In this document: positions 13,495 to 27,038 of the stretch, in pieces
Layout of the letters: each line of letters begins with the position of its first letter
Position numbering within the stretch: the first letter of the stretch is position 1
NCBI GenBank assembly: GCA_964016885.1
Contig: OZ024745.1
Span: 100,626,001 to 100,690,000 of the forward strand
Reading direction: 5' to 3'
DNA from: Eledone cirrhosa
Lineage: Eukaryota
Length of the DNA stretch: 64,000 nt
Notes under the pieces: generated by a model
Told to the model about the DNA's origin: nothing
Databases searched by the model: none
Seen by the model: the letters and a program-made list of their open reading frames with translations, nothing else
Made by a program: the position numbers and the translations under genes

Positions 13495-15070
13495 AACAGT
13501 AATAGAGGCACTGTAACAGAGGCACAGTCAGAGTCACAGTAACAGAGACTCTGTAGCAGAGGCACAGTGACAGAGAGACATTAACAAAGACACAGTAACA
13601 GAGGCACAGTAACAGAAGGACTGTAACAGAGGTACTGTAACAGAGACACAGTAAAAGAGGTACTGTAACAGAGTCACAGTAACAGAGACACTGTAACAGA
13701 GGTACTGTAACAGAGGTACTGTAACAGAGATACTGTAATAGAGGTATTGTAACAGCAGCACAATTACAGAGACACTGTAACAGAGGCACCGTAACAAAGA
13801 CGCTGTAACAGAGTTACTGTGACAGAGGTACTGTAACATAGATACTGTAACAGAGGTACTGTAACATAGATACTGTAACAGAGTTACTGTAACAGAGACA
13901 CTGTAATAGAGACACATTAATAGAGGGACTGTAACAGAGACAGACACTGTAACAGAGTTACTGTAACAGAGGTACTGTAACAGATGTACTGTAACAGAGG
14001 TACTGTAACAGAGTCACATTAACAGAGGCACTGTAACAGAGGTACTGTAACAGAGACACATTAAAAGAGGTAATGTAACAGAGTCACAGTAGCAGAGACA
14101 CTGTAACAGAGGCACTGTAACAGAGGTACTGTAACAGCGACACAGTTACAGAGCCACTGTAACAGAGGCACAGTAACAGAGACGCTGTAACAGAGGTACT
14201 GTAACATAGATATTGTAACAGAGGTACTGTAACATAGATACTGTAACAGAGGTACTGTAACAGATGTACTGTAACAGAGGTACTGTAACAGAGACACTAA
14301 CAGAGGTACTGTAACAGAGGTATGGAACAGAGATACTGTAACAAAGGTACTGTAACAGAGGTCATGTAACAGAGGTACTGTAACATAGGAACAGTAAGAG
14401 ATGTACTGTAACTGAGTCACAATAACAGAGGCACTGTAACAGAGGTACTGTAACAGAGCCACAGTAAAAGAGGTACTGTAACAGAGGTACTGTAACAGAG
14501 TCACAGTAACAGAGACACTGTAACAGAGACACTGTAACAGAGGTACTGAAACTGAGGTACTGTAACAGAGGTACTGTAACAGAGACACTGTAACAGAGGT
14601 ACTGTAACAGAGATACTGTAACAGAGGTATGGAACAGAGGTACTGTAACAGAGGTACTGTAACAGAGACACAGTAAAAGAGGTACGGTAACAGTCACAGT
14701 AACAGAGACACTTCAAGAGAGACACTGTAACAGAGGTACTGTAACAGAGGTACTGTAACATAGTCACAGTTACAGAGACACTGTAACAGAGATACTGTAA
14801 CAGAGACACAGTAAAAGAGGTACTGTAACAGAGTCACAGTAACAGAGACACTGTAACAGAAGTACTGTAACAGAGGTACTGTAACAGAGGTACTGTAACA
14901 GAGGTACTGTAACAGAGATACTGCAACAGAGGTACTGTAACAGAGGCACAGTAACAGAGAGACTGTAACAGAGACACAGTAAAAGAGGTACTGTAACAGA
15001 GACACTGTAACACAGGTACTGTAACAGAGGCACTGTAACACAGGTACTGTAACAGAGACACTGTAACAGA
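13495..15070. repeat. 14-bp minisatellite, consensus CTGTAACAGAGGTA (about 110 units)
   Basis: Seen directly. Variant units include GAGACA, GAGTCA and CAGTAA. Confidence 0.97.
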
Positions 15071-15204
15071 CAATTGAGGTTCTTCATACAAATGATTTAA
15101 TTATTTGCCACCTTTTTATTCGGATACTGGTCAGCCAGTAGATGATCTGATTAGCATTGCACACAAAAGATATTCTCTACCCTCGTGTTAGACGATATTC
15201 AGTG

Positions 15205-15210
15205 TAGTGT

Positions 15211-15295
<85 letters not shown>

Positions 15296-15450
15296 CGTGT
15301 GTGTGTGTGTGTGTGTGTGACCACACACTCGTAGAATGTTCAATGGAATATGAGACTTGGTTTTTAAAAACAATGAAATGAAACATTGTTATTTTGCACT
15401 ATAAAAGGATTTAAAATGCGTCTACTGTGTTGTTTTGAATGTGTATATGC

Positions 15451-15542
<92 letters not shown>

Positions 15543-15547
15543 TTATG

Positions 15548-15578
<31 letters not shown>

Positions 15579-15690
15579 CTCTTTCTCTCTCCCCTCCCCC
15601 CTTTCTCTCTCTCTCTTTCTCTCTCTCTCTCTGGGGTTGTGATGAAGAGAGCAAAATATCATGAGAGAGAGATTAAGAGAGAGAGAGAGA

Positions 15691-15760
<70 letters not shown>
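15205..15760. repeat. (GT)n, (CT)n, (TA)n and (GA)n microsatellites
   Basis: Seen directly. Confidence 0.95.
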
Positions 15761-15765
<5 letters not shown>

Positions 15766-17059
15766 AGTATATATGTGATGTAAGTTGTAAACACCATCTA
15801 TTCCTGAGTAACCTAAAGTGGATAAAGGTTATACATTTTACCTACGCTCTTAATGACACTGAATTGTCAGCTAACACGGAAATCTCTTCCTGTATTTCCA
15901 TTGTAAAGGGATCCCTATACTCTACTCATCTATTTACATTGTTTCACTGTATGTGGCTATGGTAATATCGTTTGTCTTACTCAGAATATACAAGTATGAA
16001 TGGAAAAACTTAAGGAGTCTTTCTTTCACTTTCTGCCGTTGTCTGTGCTTGGATAACTATCTCATCACTTCGTCTTTTTCTTACTAGGTTTTAAGGTAAT
16101 CGCGGGTGTAACTCCAATTGATAAAAGAAAAAGCCTATGTGTTTATGTATCCGTGTGTGTGTGTGTCGGTCTATGTGTGTCAGTGTGGTTATGTGTGTGT
16201 GTGAGATTGGAGGAGTAAATTGATCATGAAGGCCAATTGAAGATAATCACGGACTATTACTGGAGGTTTTTCTTGTTTCAATTTCAAATCACAACTCTTG
16301 CATGATTCTATAGGTTAAATAAATCTAATCTTTTATAATACGTAAAAATTATTGTTACATTTACATTCAAGGTCGACAGGGTGAGTGCTGAGACTTAGAA
16401 ATTAACGTGGACAAAAAAATCAACAATTCACCAATTCATATAATATTATTGCCACGTTATTCTTGTAAGAGGATGAGGTTGAACACAGCTCTTATGTTGC
16501 TAATTTGAAGTCTTTCAGTGCATTATCGTGTTTAAATAAACAAAATGAAATCTAGAAAACGGAAAGAGCTGTCAACCAGTCTGTTCTAATTTTTTTTTTC
16601 ATTTTTGATACCATTTTCTAACAATGTGATCTTATTTTTCAAAAGATATGGCATATAAACATGTGGTTTACTAACAGTGATACTATCACGTACAGAGATA
16701 TTAACTAAAATGATTATTTACACATTTTTATAAGATATACTAATATCATTTAAGCGTGTCTATATTAAAATGCACGTACACACACACGAGTCAATGAAGG
16801 CGCCTCAACGTGGTTGCTCGACCTGCTAGAAACAGCAGCCAAATCTTCGCCACATCGTTAGAAAAGAGCACAGGTTAAGTAACTTGATCCTAGTTTCCTG
16901 CGCATATGAATGACGGGATGGTCAAAGTTGGATATGTAATTGGTAATGAGCTTGCTCAATTAGGGATTATCTTGCGTTCAACAGCATAGTGAGAGATGGG
17001 AGTGCTAGCTAGATAGAATTTCCAAATTTCCATTGCCAAAATATTCTCACTGGATTGAT

Positions 17060-17400
<341 letters not shown>

Positions 17401-17410
17401 ATATATATAG

Positions 17411-19795
17411 ACTCCGAGCAATTTCACTGGTCCTTCCGTCCAGCATCCGACGACGCTGTCGGACGGCATCGGTTTGCCTCTCCACGTTCCGAGTTGCAAA
17501 CTGACAGACTTGTCTGGGTTCAGTTTTGCTCCTGTGAACCTTTCGTATTCCTGTAGTAGGTTTCCGATTACCTCAATTTCCGAGGTTTTCGACACCATTA
17601 CCATCACGTCGTCAGCATTACCCGACGCCGCTTTTCGCAGTCCCGGTTTTAAAGGGATGCTCTGCAAAAGCTCCAGCTTCCTCAGTAGTGGCTCTAGAGT
17701 CAATACGTACATAATAGAGGAGAGAGGGCATCCCCGTCGAATGGAACGCGTGATTGCGAACGGGTCCGACAGGTAGCCGTTCGCCTTGACATTCGAGCAG
17801 ATGCTGGTGTGCATTGCCTTGATCCAACCTCTGAAAACGGCACCGAAACCGGCCGCCTTGAGAACCGCTTCCATGTATCGATGGTTGACCCTATCGAATG
17901 CCTTAGACTGATCTAAATTGATCAGAGCCCCACCGAAGCCGGGTTTACACCCCACCCTCTCTATGATGTATCGCATGAGGTGGAGGTTGTCATGTATGGA
18001 CCTGGTCGGGATTGCACACGTTTGCGCTTTCCCTACCAGGTTTTCGACGACAAGCGCCAGCCTCGTCGCTAGCACCTTGGCCACAATCTTTAACTCTGTG
18101 TTGAACAGAGTTATGGGCCTGAAATTGTTTAATTCGTTCCCCTTGTTCTCGTCTTTCCTGATCAGCGTTACTACGCCCTTGCCTGCAGAACTGGGAATTG
18201 TCCCGTTCTGCTGCCAATTGCAATAGACGGCTTCGAGGACACCAGAGAACAAATCCGGCATGCCTATGTAAAACTCATAGGGTAGACCATCTAGAACGGG
18301 TGATTTGCGTTTTCCGCAGCGGCCAAGAGCGTCCCGTATCTCAGTGGCTGTGATCGGTCTTTCGCAGAACTCGGCGTCCATGCTCGAGAGACGCGGCAGG
18401 CCGTCGAGGTATGAACCAAAATCCATTGCCCCGTTCGGTGCACCGTCGTTCTGCTATAAACAGTCGCACAAAGTGCCGCTGAAAGGCCGCGCACATCTGC
18501 CTGGGGTCAAGTAACACGCGTCCGTTTTGGTCTTTCAAAGACCGAATCGTGGACTTGTTGCCACTTTTCGTTTCCGCCACTCGGGCCCAGCTAACAACTT
18601 TTGCTCCCTCGTTTCCTAGAACACGTGATTTACTTCTGACCACGCAGCCTTCGCGTTTCGCGTCGAAGAACTGATCCAGTGCCGTTCTCGATGCTAGCAC
18701 TCTAGCTGCGTTGCCACTCCTAAGCGCCTCTTCTACCTTGGCTACTAGTTCTGTTTCTGATTTGTTTTTCTCTAAAGCTAATTCTCTGCTAAACCCTATC
18801 GATTGTACTCTAATTGCTCTCTTGAGAGAGTATCACCATCTATTGTTGACGATGGCTCCCGCCAACTCTTGCTTAACTAATCTACTTATCCGTTCACTGT
18901 AGACTTTTCGTGCCGGCAACGACACGTTCAGCTTCCAGTATCCGGGTCCTTGTCTATGTATTCTATCACGGTTGACTATGCAGACGACTAGTTTGTGATC
19001 TGAATAGGCAACCATGTGCATTCGTGGACAGCTTAACATCTTCTTGTCCTTTTCTCTAATGAAAAACCTATCTAGATACGATCTAGATGTCCCGCTGCGG
19101 TTTTCCCACGTCCACTGTGGTGCAACGGGAAATCTAGTCGATATCTATCGGCCAGTTGGAATTGGCCGATTAGATTTTTGAAGCTGTTGCATCCCGCTCT
19201 ACTGGGACATGCTCCCACATAGTCCCATCGTGCATCTATGATACCATCCCAGTCCCCCACTAAAATCAAGGAGCGAGATGTTCCCAGAAAAAACTCTAGA
19301 CGCTTAAAGAAGTCTGGCCGCGATTGTGATTGCCCGGTCGGGGCATAAACGGCCACCAGTCTGAAGGCTCCACCTCCAATACTGTTCACGTCGAGTACTA
19401 CCAGTCTACCCTCCGGGTCCAAGTGTACTTGCTGAACTTCGAGATCCAGGTTTTTCTGAAACATTACAGTCAGTCCCCCACCACCTCCCGGCTGACAGAG
19501 AGATGCGTAGATCTCAAAGTCATTGAAGATGGGGGTTAGTTTTTGCCTGTTGTGGATCCTGGACTCGGTGATGGCTATTACATCTATACTCTGTGACCTA
19601 AGGTCATTTAAAAGTTGGCCCTGCTTCCAGAGCATCCCTAGGCCACGCACATTCACGATTCCAACTCGTAAGTCAGCCATGTTGGTGGAGAAGAGTTGGC
19701 GAAAATGACGAAAAGGTGCACTTACCTTTTCGTTTCCTGGAGATCGGGTTGTTCAATCTCCATTTTAGTTCTGGTGGGAGTGTTGAGTGGCGTGA
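17411..19795 (-). pseudogene. Tx1/L1-clade LINE ORF2 (APE endonuclease + RT), frameshifted and 3'-truncated
   Basis: Peptides [68 protein letters not shown] and RRGCPLS. YADD has decayed to NADD. Split over ORFs 19072-19680, 18833-19039, 18341-18700 and 17047-18426. Confidence 0.93.
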
Positions 19796-20851
19796 GGAAA
19801 CATTTAACTAATTACTATGTGAACATTTGTTTGTATAGATAATTTTTCAAATTTTTATTCATTCTAAAAGAGCCGACGTGTTTCCATTAAAGGTTTCAAA
19901 GTTTATAAATGGTTTATTTTCTTTATATCACCTTTTTCTTTAATATATCTTTGTATGACAGATGAAAATATAACTACATTCCAGCGCATGTCCCTTACCA
20001 TCCTCCAGGGAAACGCCTTCTCCATTCTGTCCGTCGGGGCTGTGTGGGGGCCAGCACGTGGGCCCCCATTTGCTCACCATACGGAGAGATGTGGAGGGCC
20101 AGAGAGATGGAGGCGATAACAGTGGGAGTTCGGCTGTTCTTTCATGTTTGCTTAAGTTACAATTGCATTGTGATAGAAATTTATCTAATTAATCAGTAAC
20201 AACTTAAGTGGATATATTAATATTAAGAAGTGTATTAACTTGAATTACCATCCATATTCTAACTGTTTTGATAAAAATAATTATTACTATCACACACATC
20301 TATCTATCTACCTAACTACATTCCTTAACATTTACAGTTAATTTATTCTTATGGAAATACGATATATTTTAGGATAAAAAAATATGAAGGCAAAAAATTT
20401 AGAGTTGAGAGCAAACAAGAATAGAAATTTTACAATATCTAATTCGATGACCTTTATTTCTGGAAGTCCCTTTGTTTTCTTTGGTTAGTTCTATTCTGCA
20501 TTGATTTTTTTATATATCTAAATACTACAAAAGGAAATAGTAGGTTATTTAACTTCAAAGAAGCCAATGTCATACTTAAGTCAGCGTCATAAGAGCGCCG
20601 GCTTTGATTCATTCCTTTAAGATGTTAGGATTTTTCAGGCATTCAGTTATGTTCCTTTTTCAGATGTTAGATGGGTGATTAAGATGAAACTTAACTTGAG
20701 GATAGGATTTATTATTTCTCAGTGTTGATATCTACTGGTTACATCAAACCAACCAGAGAGTTTTTACGCAGTCGTTAGACAGGTTAAAATATCTGTAATA
20801 TTTGTTTTTTCAAATCACAGGAAATACATATTGAACGGTATAGTCCTAGTG

Positions 20852-20970
20852 AAGGTGCGTGGATGAGTGGTTAGAAGATTGGATTCGCAATCGTGAGGTT
20901 GTGAGTTCGATTCCCGGACCGTGTGATGCGTTATGTCCTTGGGCAAGACACTTTATTTCACGTTGCTCCT
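20852..20970 (+). mobile_element. tRNA/CORE-type SINE head
   Basis: B box GAGTTCGATTCC followed by tccttgggcaagacactt. Confidence 0.8.
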
Positions 20971-21306
20971 TCTATCTGGAGATGCGACCGATAGATAGTA
21001 ATAGCAACTGGAAAGACCAATGGAAACATTATTTCCTCGGTCCGATTTGACGAAAATCGATCGACTGTCAATAGTCCTAGTTATTAAAAAATGGTCACAT
21101 GTCTGTTCCGTCAGAACTTATCTAGCGCTAAACAACAACGATAACAACAATAGTATCAGCAACCCGGTATAATATGTTGATTTTGAACTGGCAGTAACAT
21201 CTACTGTCACTTGAATAGGCACTATACTATTGTCATTGTAGTTGCTACTACTGCTGCTGTTGTTGATTTATCAAACGTTATATTGTTGTAAGTGATGTCG
21301 AATTAA

Positions 21307-21527
21307 CCCTTTAGCATTTAAGCCGACCATATCCGGCCAGAATTCTTTCCCCTCTTTCTGTTCAAACCGGCTGTAACCAGCTTCTCATACAGATGTTAAG
21401 GTACTGTTCTCAAAGCAGATAATATCAAAATCTTATAGATTCGTTATTATATGAGATAATTATGTGAGGTAAAGCCTTTACCGCTAAAATACAATAGTAT
21501 ATATAGAATAATATAAATGTTAAACGG
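21307..21527. mobile_element. piggyBac-like MITE
   Basis: TTAA|CCCTTTAGCATTTA ... TAAATGTTAAACGG|TTAA: imperfect TIRs with TTAA on both flanks. Confidence 0.55.
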
Positions 21528-22797
21528 TTAAAGATGCTTCAGTGACAATACTATCGAGTAGTTTACCGTTATCGACTGTGTAGAAGCTGGTTCGGGGAAC
21601 CGTTCCATTTAGAGTCGATAGATTCCTCTTTCTCCTGATATTTGGGTGCCTTTAACAGATTTCAGTTTTTCGCATATCCACTGGTAGCCATTCAAGCTCA
21701 GCATTCAAAAAGTTTTTTTTTTCTATGGCACGTAGAGCGTTTCCACCTTTCTTGATATAAACTATAACTATACACACGTGACTAATAACAGGTTTATGTA
21801 GGATGCCATGAATGAATCAAAATCAGTGTTGAAAAACGAACCATCCGCTCTTTGACTTATAGTCACACAATTGAATGAGCGGCTCACCAAAGTAGTATAT
21901 TTCAAGAAGTCTATTTATCCTTTACAACTAAACTAATAAATACAAATATTCTTTTTCGTGTACATATTTACATTTTTGAAAAGAAAAGGAAAGGAAATTA
22001 CTTTAATTCTAATGCAGCTAAAAAGAGGCAAACTCGTCATTTACAGACATCTCATGATGTTTCTTTATAACATTGCTTGACATTTCAAACTGTTACAATT
22101 TTCTAGTCATTTAACCTCTTCATCCTTTTCTTGCTAATGTCTGACTTTTTAACATAAAAAAAAGAAATACTGTGTAACACAAACTAGTTGACTAATAATT
22201 GCTATCACTTGGGAGTTTAGACGACGATGGGGTGAAATAACAAAATAAAGTAAGAAAAAGAATTTATCAACCCTATTACAGTTAGAAATAAGATAAAGAA
22301 AGCCAAATGAAGTGATGGAGAACAAGTAAGCAACTTCCAGGTGTTATCTGACGAATTACTTGTCATTTAGTAACTTAAGTGTGAAATAAACTTCATAGTA
22401 ATAATGGCAGGGTTTTAGGAAAGTAAATTTAAGGCTTCAAAAGATTCTAAGATATCCAGAAGGGCGTTTATAAAAACAAAACGACAAAGAAATAAAACTA
22501 ACTTAATAGTGGACTTAAATTCTTCTATATATATATTTTAACATAAATACAAAAACACACCGAAAATATCCCATTATTTTTGGCTGGGCTTCCTATATTT
22601 ATCCTACAAGCAGTAATAAGTCACGAGAAGAAGCTACTTTAGTTCAGAATTCTTACATGGGGACTTATATTGCTTCTTCTGATTGTAACAATAACTAAAA
22701 TACTTACTGTTGTCCTGTATTAAGAGTATTCAGTTATAGTTTACCTTCCATCTTTACAGTTGAATTCAATTTAATATTCTGAAAGATATGCGTATAT

Positions 22798-22852
<55 letters not shown>

Positions 22853-22897
22853 CATATATATATATATATATATAAATATATAAATATATATATAAAT

Positions 22898-22950
<53 letters not shown>

Positions 22951-22959
22951 TATGCATGC

Positions 22960-23240
22960 ATGCCCTCGTGTACTGCAAACAGCGTGTTGAGCCGGTGCTT
23001 ATCCCGGTTTCATGGCGTAAAGCGACTGAGAGTACAAGACTTCCCCTTGAACAGGATTCCATTCCATCGCAGAGTTTAAAACACCAGCTATTGCTCGTAC
23101 TCATTTTCACCTGAATATACTGTATACTGAGCAAGTGTTTCGCTCAAAAACACAACACGCAACCCAGCGCAGGAATCCAACCCACGACATTATGATCGTA
23201 AATCCAACACCCTTACCACTAGGCCACACGCCTCCACATA
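22960..23240 (-). mobile_element. tRNA-derived SINE family 2, near full length
   Basis: A and B boxes, a CORE-like segment, and the 3' block ctctcagtcgctttacgccatgaaaccgggataagcaccgg. A related copy lies at 55790-56012. Confidence 0.85.
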
Positions 23241-23466
23241 AGTATTGGCTACTTCGGCAAAACTCTGAATTTTCACAGAGCATTCAAACCATACCAAAGA
23301 CGCTAAGAAAAGCTATTGTTTATTTGTTTGTTTTTTGTTTTTTTCTGCCGAAAATCTTTTGATTAAATATAAATCGAATCCACAACATTAAGTCCAACAC
23401 TCTTACCACTAGGCCACGAGCCTTCACACACACACACACATATATACAGTATATATATATATATAA

Positions 23467-23815
23467 GATGGCTGCCCCCTCGTTATCGACTATGGCCATT
23501 GCACGATGTAACATTATTAATAATTATCAATTAATGCTATCGTGCAAAGCCTGTGCGTGAAAATATTTTTTAAAGTGAGGAAAGACTGTGCACTGAGCCA
23601 ATCCCACTCTTTGAGCGACAGTATCTATAACCCGAAAAGAAGAAATTATCAACATCATCGGTAACTACTGAACTGCAGGTTTTATATAGGAGTTATCCCA
23701 GTTTCCTGAGTTGCCTTCTCCTAGAAGTATGCCCTGACAAAGGCTAGGGGTCCTTCACTCCCAGTGGTTTAACCGCGCAATCGGGTATCCAGGCCAATTA
23801 TTTCCATGTCCCCGC
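23467..23815 (-). mobile_element. (CATA)n-class retroelement, subfamily C
   Basis: Homologous to 9180-9395. Its start is repeated again at 24552-24590. Confidence 0.8.
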
Positions 23816-23910
23816 ACATATACATACATATGCATACACATATATACATACATATATACATTCATGTATACACAAGTACTTACACGTTTTGGATGTATTG
23901 TATATATATA

Positions 23911-24518
23911 TGGTGGCTGCCAACTCGTTTTCGAGTACGGCCACTACTTTATATCCATGTAGGAGAACACCTACCGATGCGCTAAACAAGTGTGACTTTT
24001 TAGTCCAGCCAGCGACTTGAAAACTCTGGTACAAACACTACACCTGTGACAATTATTGACACATAGTGCTGGGCCCATGGCACCATGTGACGACAAGTGC
24101 AGAGAGATTTCCAGATATAAAGCAATGCCTGTGCCGTGAAGCGTTTATAGTGAGAAAAGGCACTGCACAAAGCCAGACCCACTCTCTTAACCAAGATGAT
24201 ATTTACCAAAAAGAAGAACAATTCAACATCATTGGATACCATCAGGGTTGCAGGTGTTATATCACAGTTTTCCTTCTCCTAGAATTCTGCCTTGACAAAG
24301 GCTAAGGGGTCATCTCTCCCGGTGATTTTGAATGGCCATTGACTCTTAAGAGCTCATTTGCCCTTTGACAGGTTTTGTTTTTAGTCCTGCAGGATGTCCA
24401 AATTCACCCTCCTCACCAAGAATCCTTGGTGGGGTTGCCAGTTTAGTCGCCAACGACCCGACCATATGTGAGATCACCAGTTGGTGCTACTGGTAACATG
24501 TATCCCAGTACAACCTGT
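23911..24518 (-). mobile_element. (CATA)n-class retroelement, subfamily B, with inverted 5' terminus
   Basis: Colinear with 8535-9090, but its last ~52 nt (24467-24518) are the reverse complement of 9094-9146. Confidence 0.88.
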
Positions 24519-24624
24519 ATATATATATATATACATGCATGCATACATACATGATGGCTGCCCCCTCGTTATCGAGTATGGCCATTGCACCAAAAAAAAT
24601 AATAACGACAATAATAATAATAAT

Positions 24625-24722
24625 AATTGTTTCTACTTTTGGCACAAGGCCAGCAATTACCCAGTACATTACTGGTACTTTATTTTATCGACCCCGTAAG
24701 CATGAAAGGCAAAGTCAACCTT
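24625..24722 (-). mobile_element. Family-1 SINE, 3' half
   Basis: Plus strand shows tgtttctacttttggcacaaggccagcaattacccagt...gaaaggcaaagtcaacc. Confidence 0.85.
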
Positions 24723-24911
24723 GATAATAATAATGATAATATATATATATATATATATATATATGTATACATATATATATATTATATATATACATATAGA
24801 TAGATATATATATATACATATAGATATATATATATACATATAGATATATATATATATATACATATAGATATAGATATATATATACATATAGATATATATA
24901 TATATACATAT

Positions 24912-24970
<59 letters not shown>

Positions 24971-25018
24971 GATAGATATATATATATATATATACACACA
25001 CACGCACATATACATATC

Positions 25019-25092
<74 letters not shown>

Positions 25093-25097
25093 AACAA

Positions 25098-25670
25098 TTA
25101 ACGATGCTGGGATCGAATGTCGCTTTTAAGCCCAGCCAATGATCTAAAATGTCTTGCACAGAGTTGGCAACCAAAACATTCACTGGGAATAGCCGGCTGT
25201 GGTTGGAGATCATGTACTTTTGCATGTCGTTTGAGCCCTCCTGCTGATTTACACTCTCTACCACATGATTGGCAAGCATGATGAGTAGCATCTCCAACGG
25301 CAGCTTGGTAGTCAACCACTGGTATTACTCTATGACTGCGAAGATGACCTTCGAGTCCAGCTCTGCTGGGGCAGAGTCTCGCACAGACGCTGCATATCAG
25401 CGTCATATGAGGACCTTCTCTCTGGAAATGCAACAGCAATGCCCTTCCTCACATTCCTCTTTACTTTCTCGTATGGGATTCGAGATACCTCAAAGGCAAC
25501 TTTCCCCTCATATACAGTCTTTCTCCATTTATTTCGATCAGCAGCTACATTTTCCCATGTATCAGCAGAGATGTTAACGTCTTTCAAGGAGGCTTTCAAC
25601 GAATCTTTATACCTCTTCTTTGGTTTATGTGGAGGCCGTTTTCCTTTAGCTAACTCTCACAAATATTGAT
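25098..25670 (-). pseudogene. BovB-like RTE LINE C-terminal fragment with three C2H2 zinc fingers
   Basis: ELAKGKRPPHKPKKRYKDSLKASLK...WENVAADRNKWRK, then after a frameshift CSVC..HLRSH, CQSC..HAKVH and CQLC..DIRSQH*. Confidence 0.85.
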
Positions 25671-26116
25671 TGTATTTAAGCGGACGAAACTATTCAATGC
25701 ACACAGAAGGAGCAAAATAATATGTAAAGCTCAGCTCTTTTGAGTATCAACTCGGTGTTTCTCGCTTTCATTCCTCAGGCGACCTATTCTAAGATTTCTC
25801 GTTACCATTCCTTGGATGACCTATTCCAATACGTTTGAAGCTTATTACTCTAATTAGATATATAGAGTAATGGACCTATCTGATAAAAAAACAATAATAC
25901 ACACATACGCATTCATATATGCATACATATATATTCACACACACCTTCAATTGTAAAATGCTAATAGGGTGTGCCTCTAACTTTATAAATGATCCAGTTA
26001 CAATGCAGCTTATAGCGTGCATGTTTATATATAAGATGATAAAAGTAAGAGTACCTCAGTAAAATTTATACTCAATTTAACATCAATTGAATGAATTAAT
26101 TATGGAAACAAACAAA

Positions 26117-26303
26117 GGGCGATAGTTTGGCAGTATCGGTAGAGGGTCGGACGCTATGCTTTGCAGCATAGAGTTACGGCCTGTTACGTTCTGAGTTCAA
26201 ATCCCGCCGAGGCTAACTTTGCCTTTCATTCCTACGGGGTCGATGAAATAAAGCACCAGCAATGCACTGAGATAATTGCTGGCGTTGTACTAAAAGTAGT
26301 ACC
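26117..26303 (+). mobile_element. Family-1 SINE with 21-bp TSD
   Basis: A and B boxes. TSD AATTAATTATGGAAACAAACA at 26094-26114 and 26304-26324. Confidence 0.92.
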
Positions 26304-26629
26304 AATTAATTATGGAAACAAACACATAAATTGGAGCTCTCTACTTCCCCTGCATCAAAAGAGAACTTTCCTCAACATATACATATAGAGTACACAAAAA
26401 TATACAAACAAAACGACACGACCCGATCCCTCATCTCCCAACTAAACAACTACATTTAAAATCCCCAGACAAGTTGATAGAAGTATCAAACTATTCACAG
26501 CAGACAAATATATGTAGCCACGAAACGGGAACTTTCTATCTCTAATCAGACAACATTTTAACCGACATACAACAAGAATAATGTTAAGATCAGCAATCTT
26601 TGCTTTTATGACGCCGCTTCCGACATAAC

Positions 26630-27025
26630 TCACTACAACCCTTACCTATGGTCATAACTCTGGGTAATGACTGAAACAATAAGATCTCGAATACAAGCGG
26701 CTGAAGGGTCTTTGGAGAACGTCACTGGATAGAATGTGTAGCTCGGAGATCACTCCAGGTAGAGCCGCTACTTCTCCGAATTGAGAGATTACAGCTCCGA
26801 TACTCTAGTTAGAATGTCCCAAGAAAGAATCACTGGACAGATTTTACGGACAAAACCAACCGACGGGAGACCCAGGTGTAGAGCCCGAGCAAGATGGTTG
26901 AATAACATCCATAAGCTTAGCTGATCTCGCTTGGAGATCCAGTCGCATCAGTTGGAGACAGTTACTTCTGGAAGGAGTGATTGGGGACTCTGGACCCATG
27001 ACCCTCTCAGGCGAAAAAGAAGAAA
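26630..27025 (+). mobile_element. Decayed RTE 3' fragment (same family as 1060-1800)
   Basis: Remnants TLTYGH, MTETIRSRIQAAE and RMSQERITGQILRTKP, ending in gaccctctcagg. Confidence 0.75.
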
Positions 27026-27038
27026 GAGAATCTATATA

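Noticed and set aside
13493-15091. Cys-rich VTVPLLQYLCYS ORFs or a CRISPR-like array
   Set aside because: Product of the 14-bp minisatellite. There are no unique spacers or cas genes, and the context is eukaryotic.
25098-25439. Host C2H2 zinc-finger gene
   Set aside because: It lacks TGEKP linkers and is contiguous with RTE C-terminal motifs.
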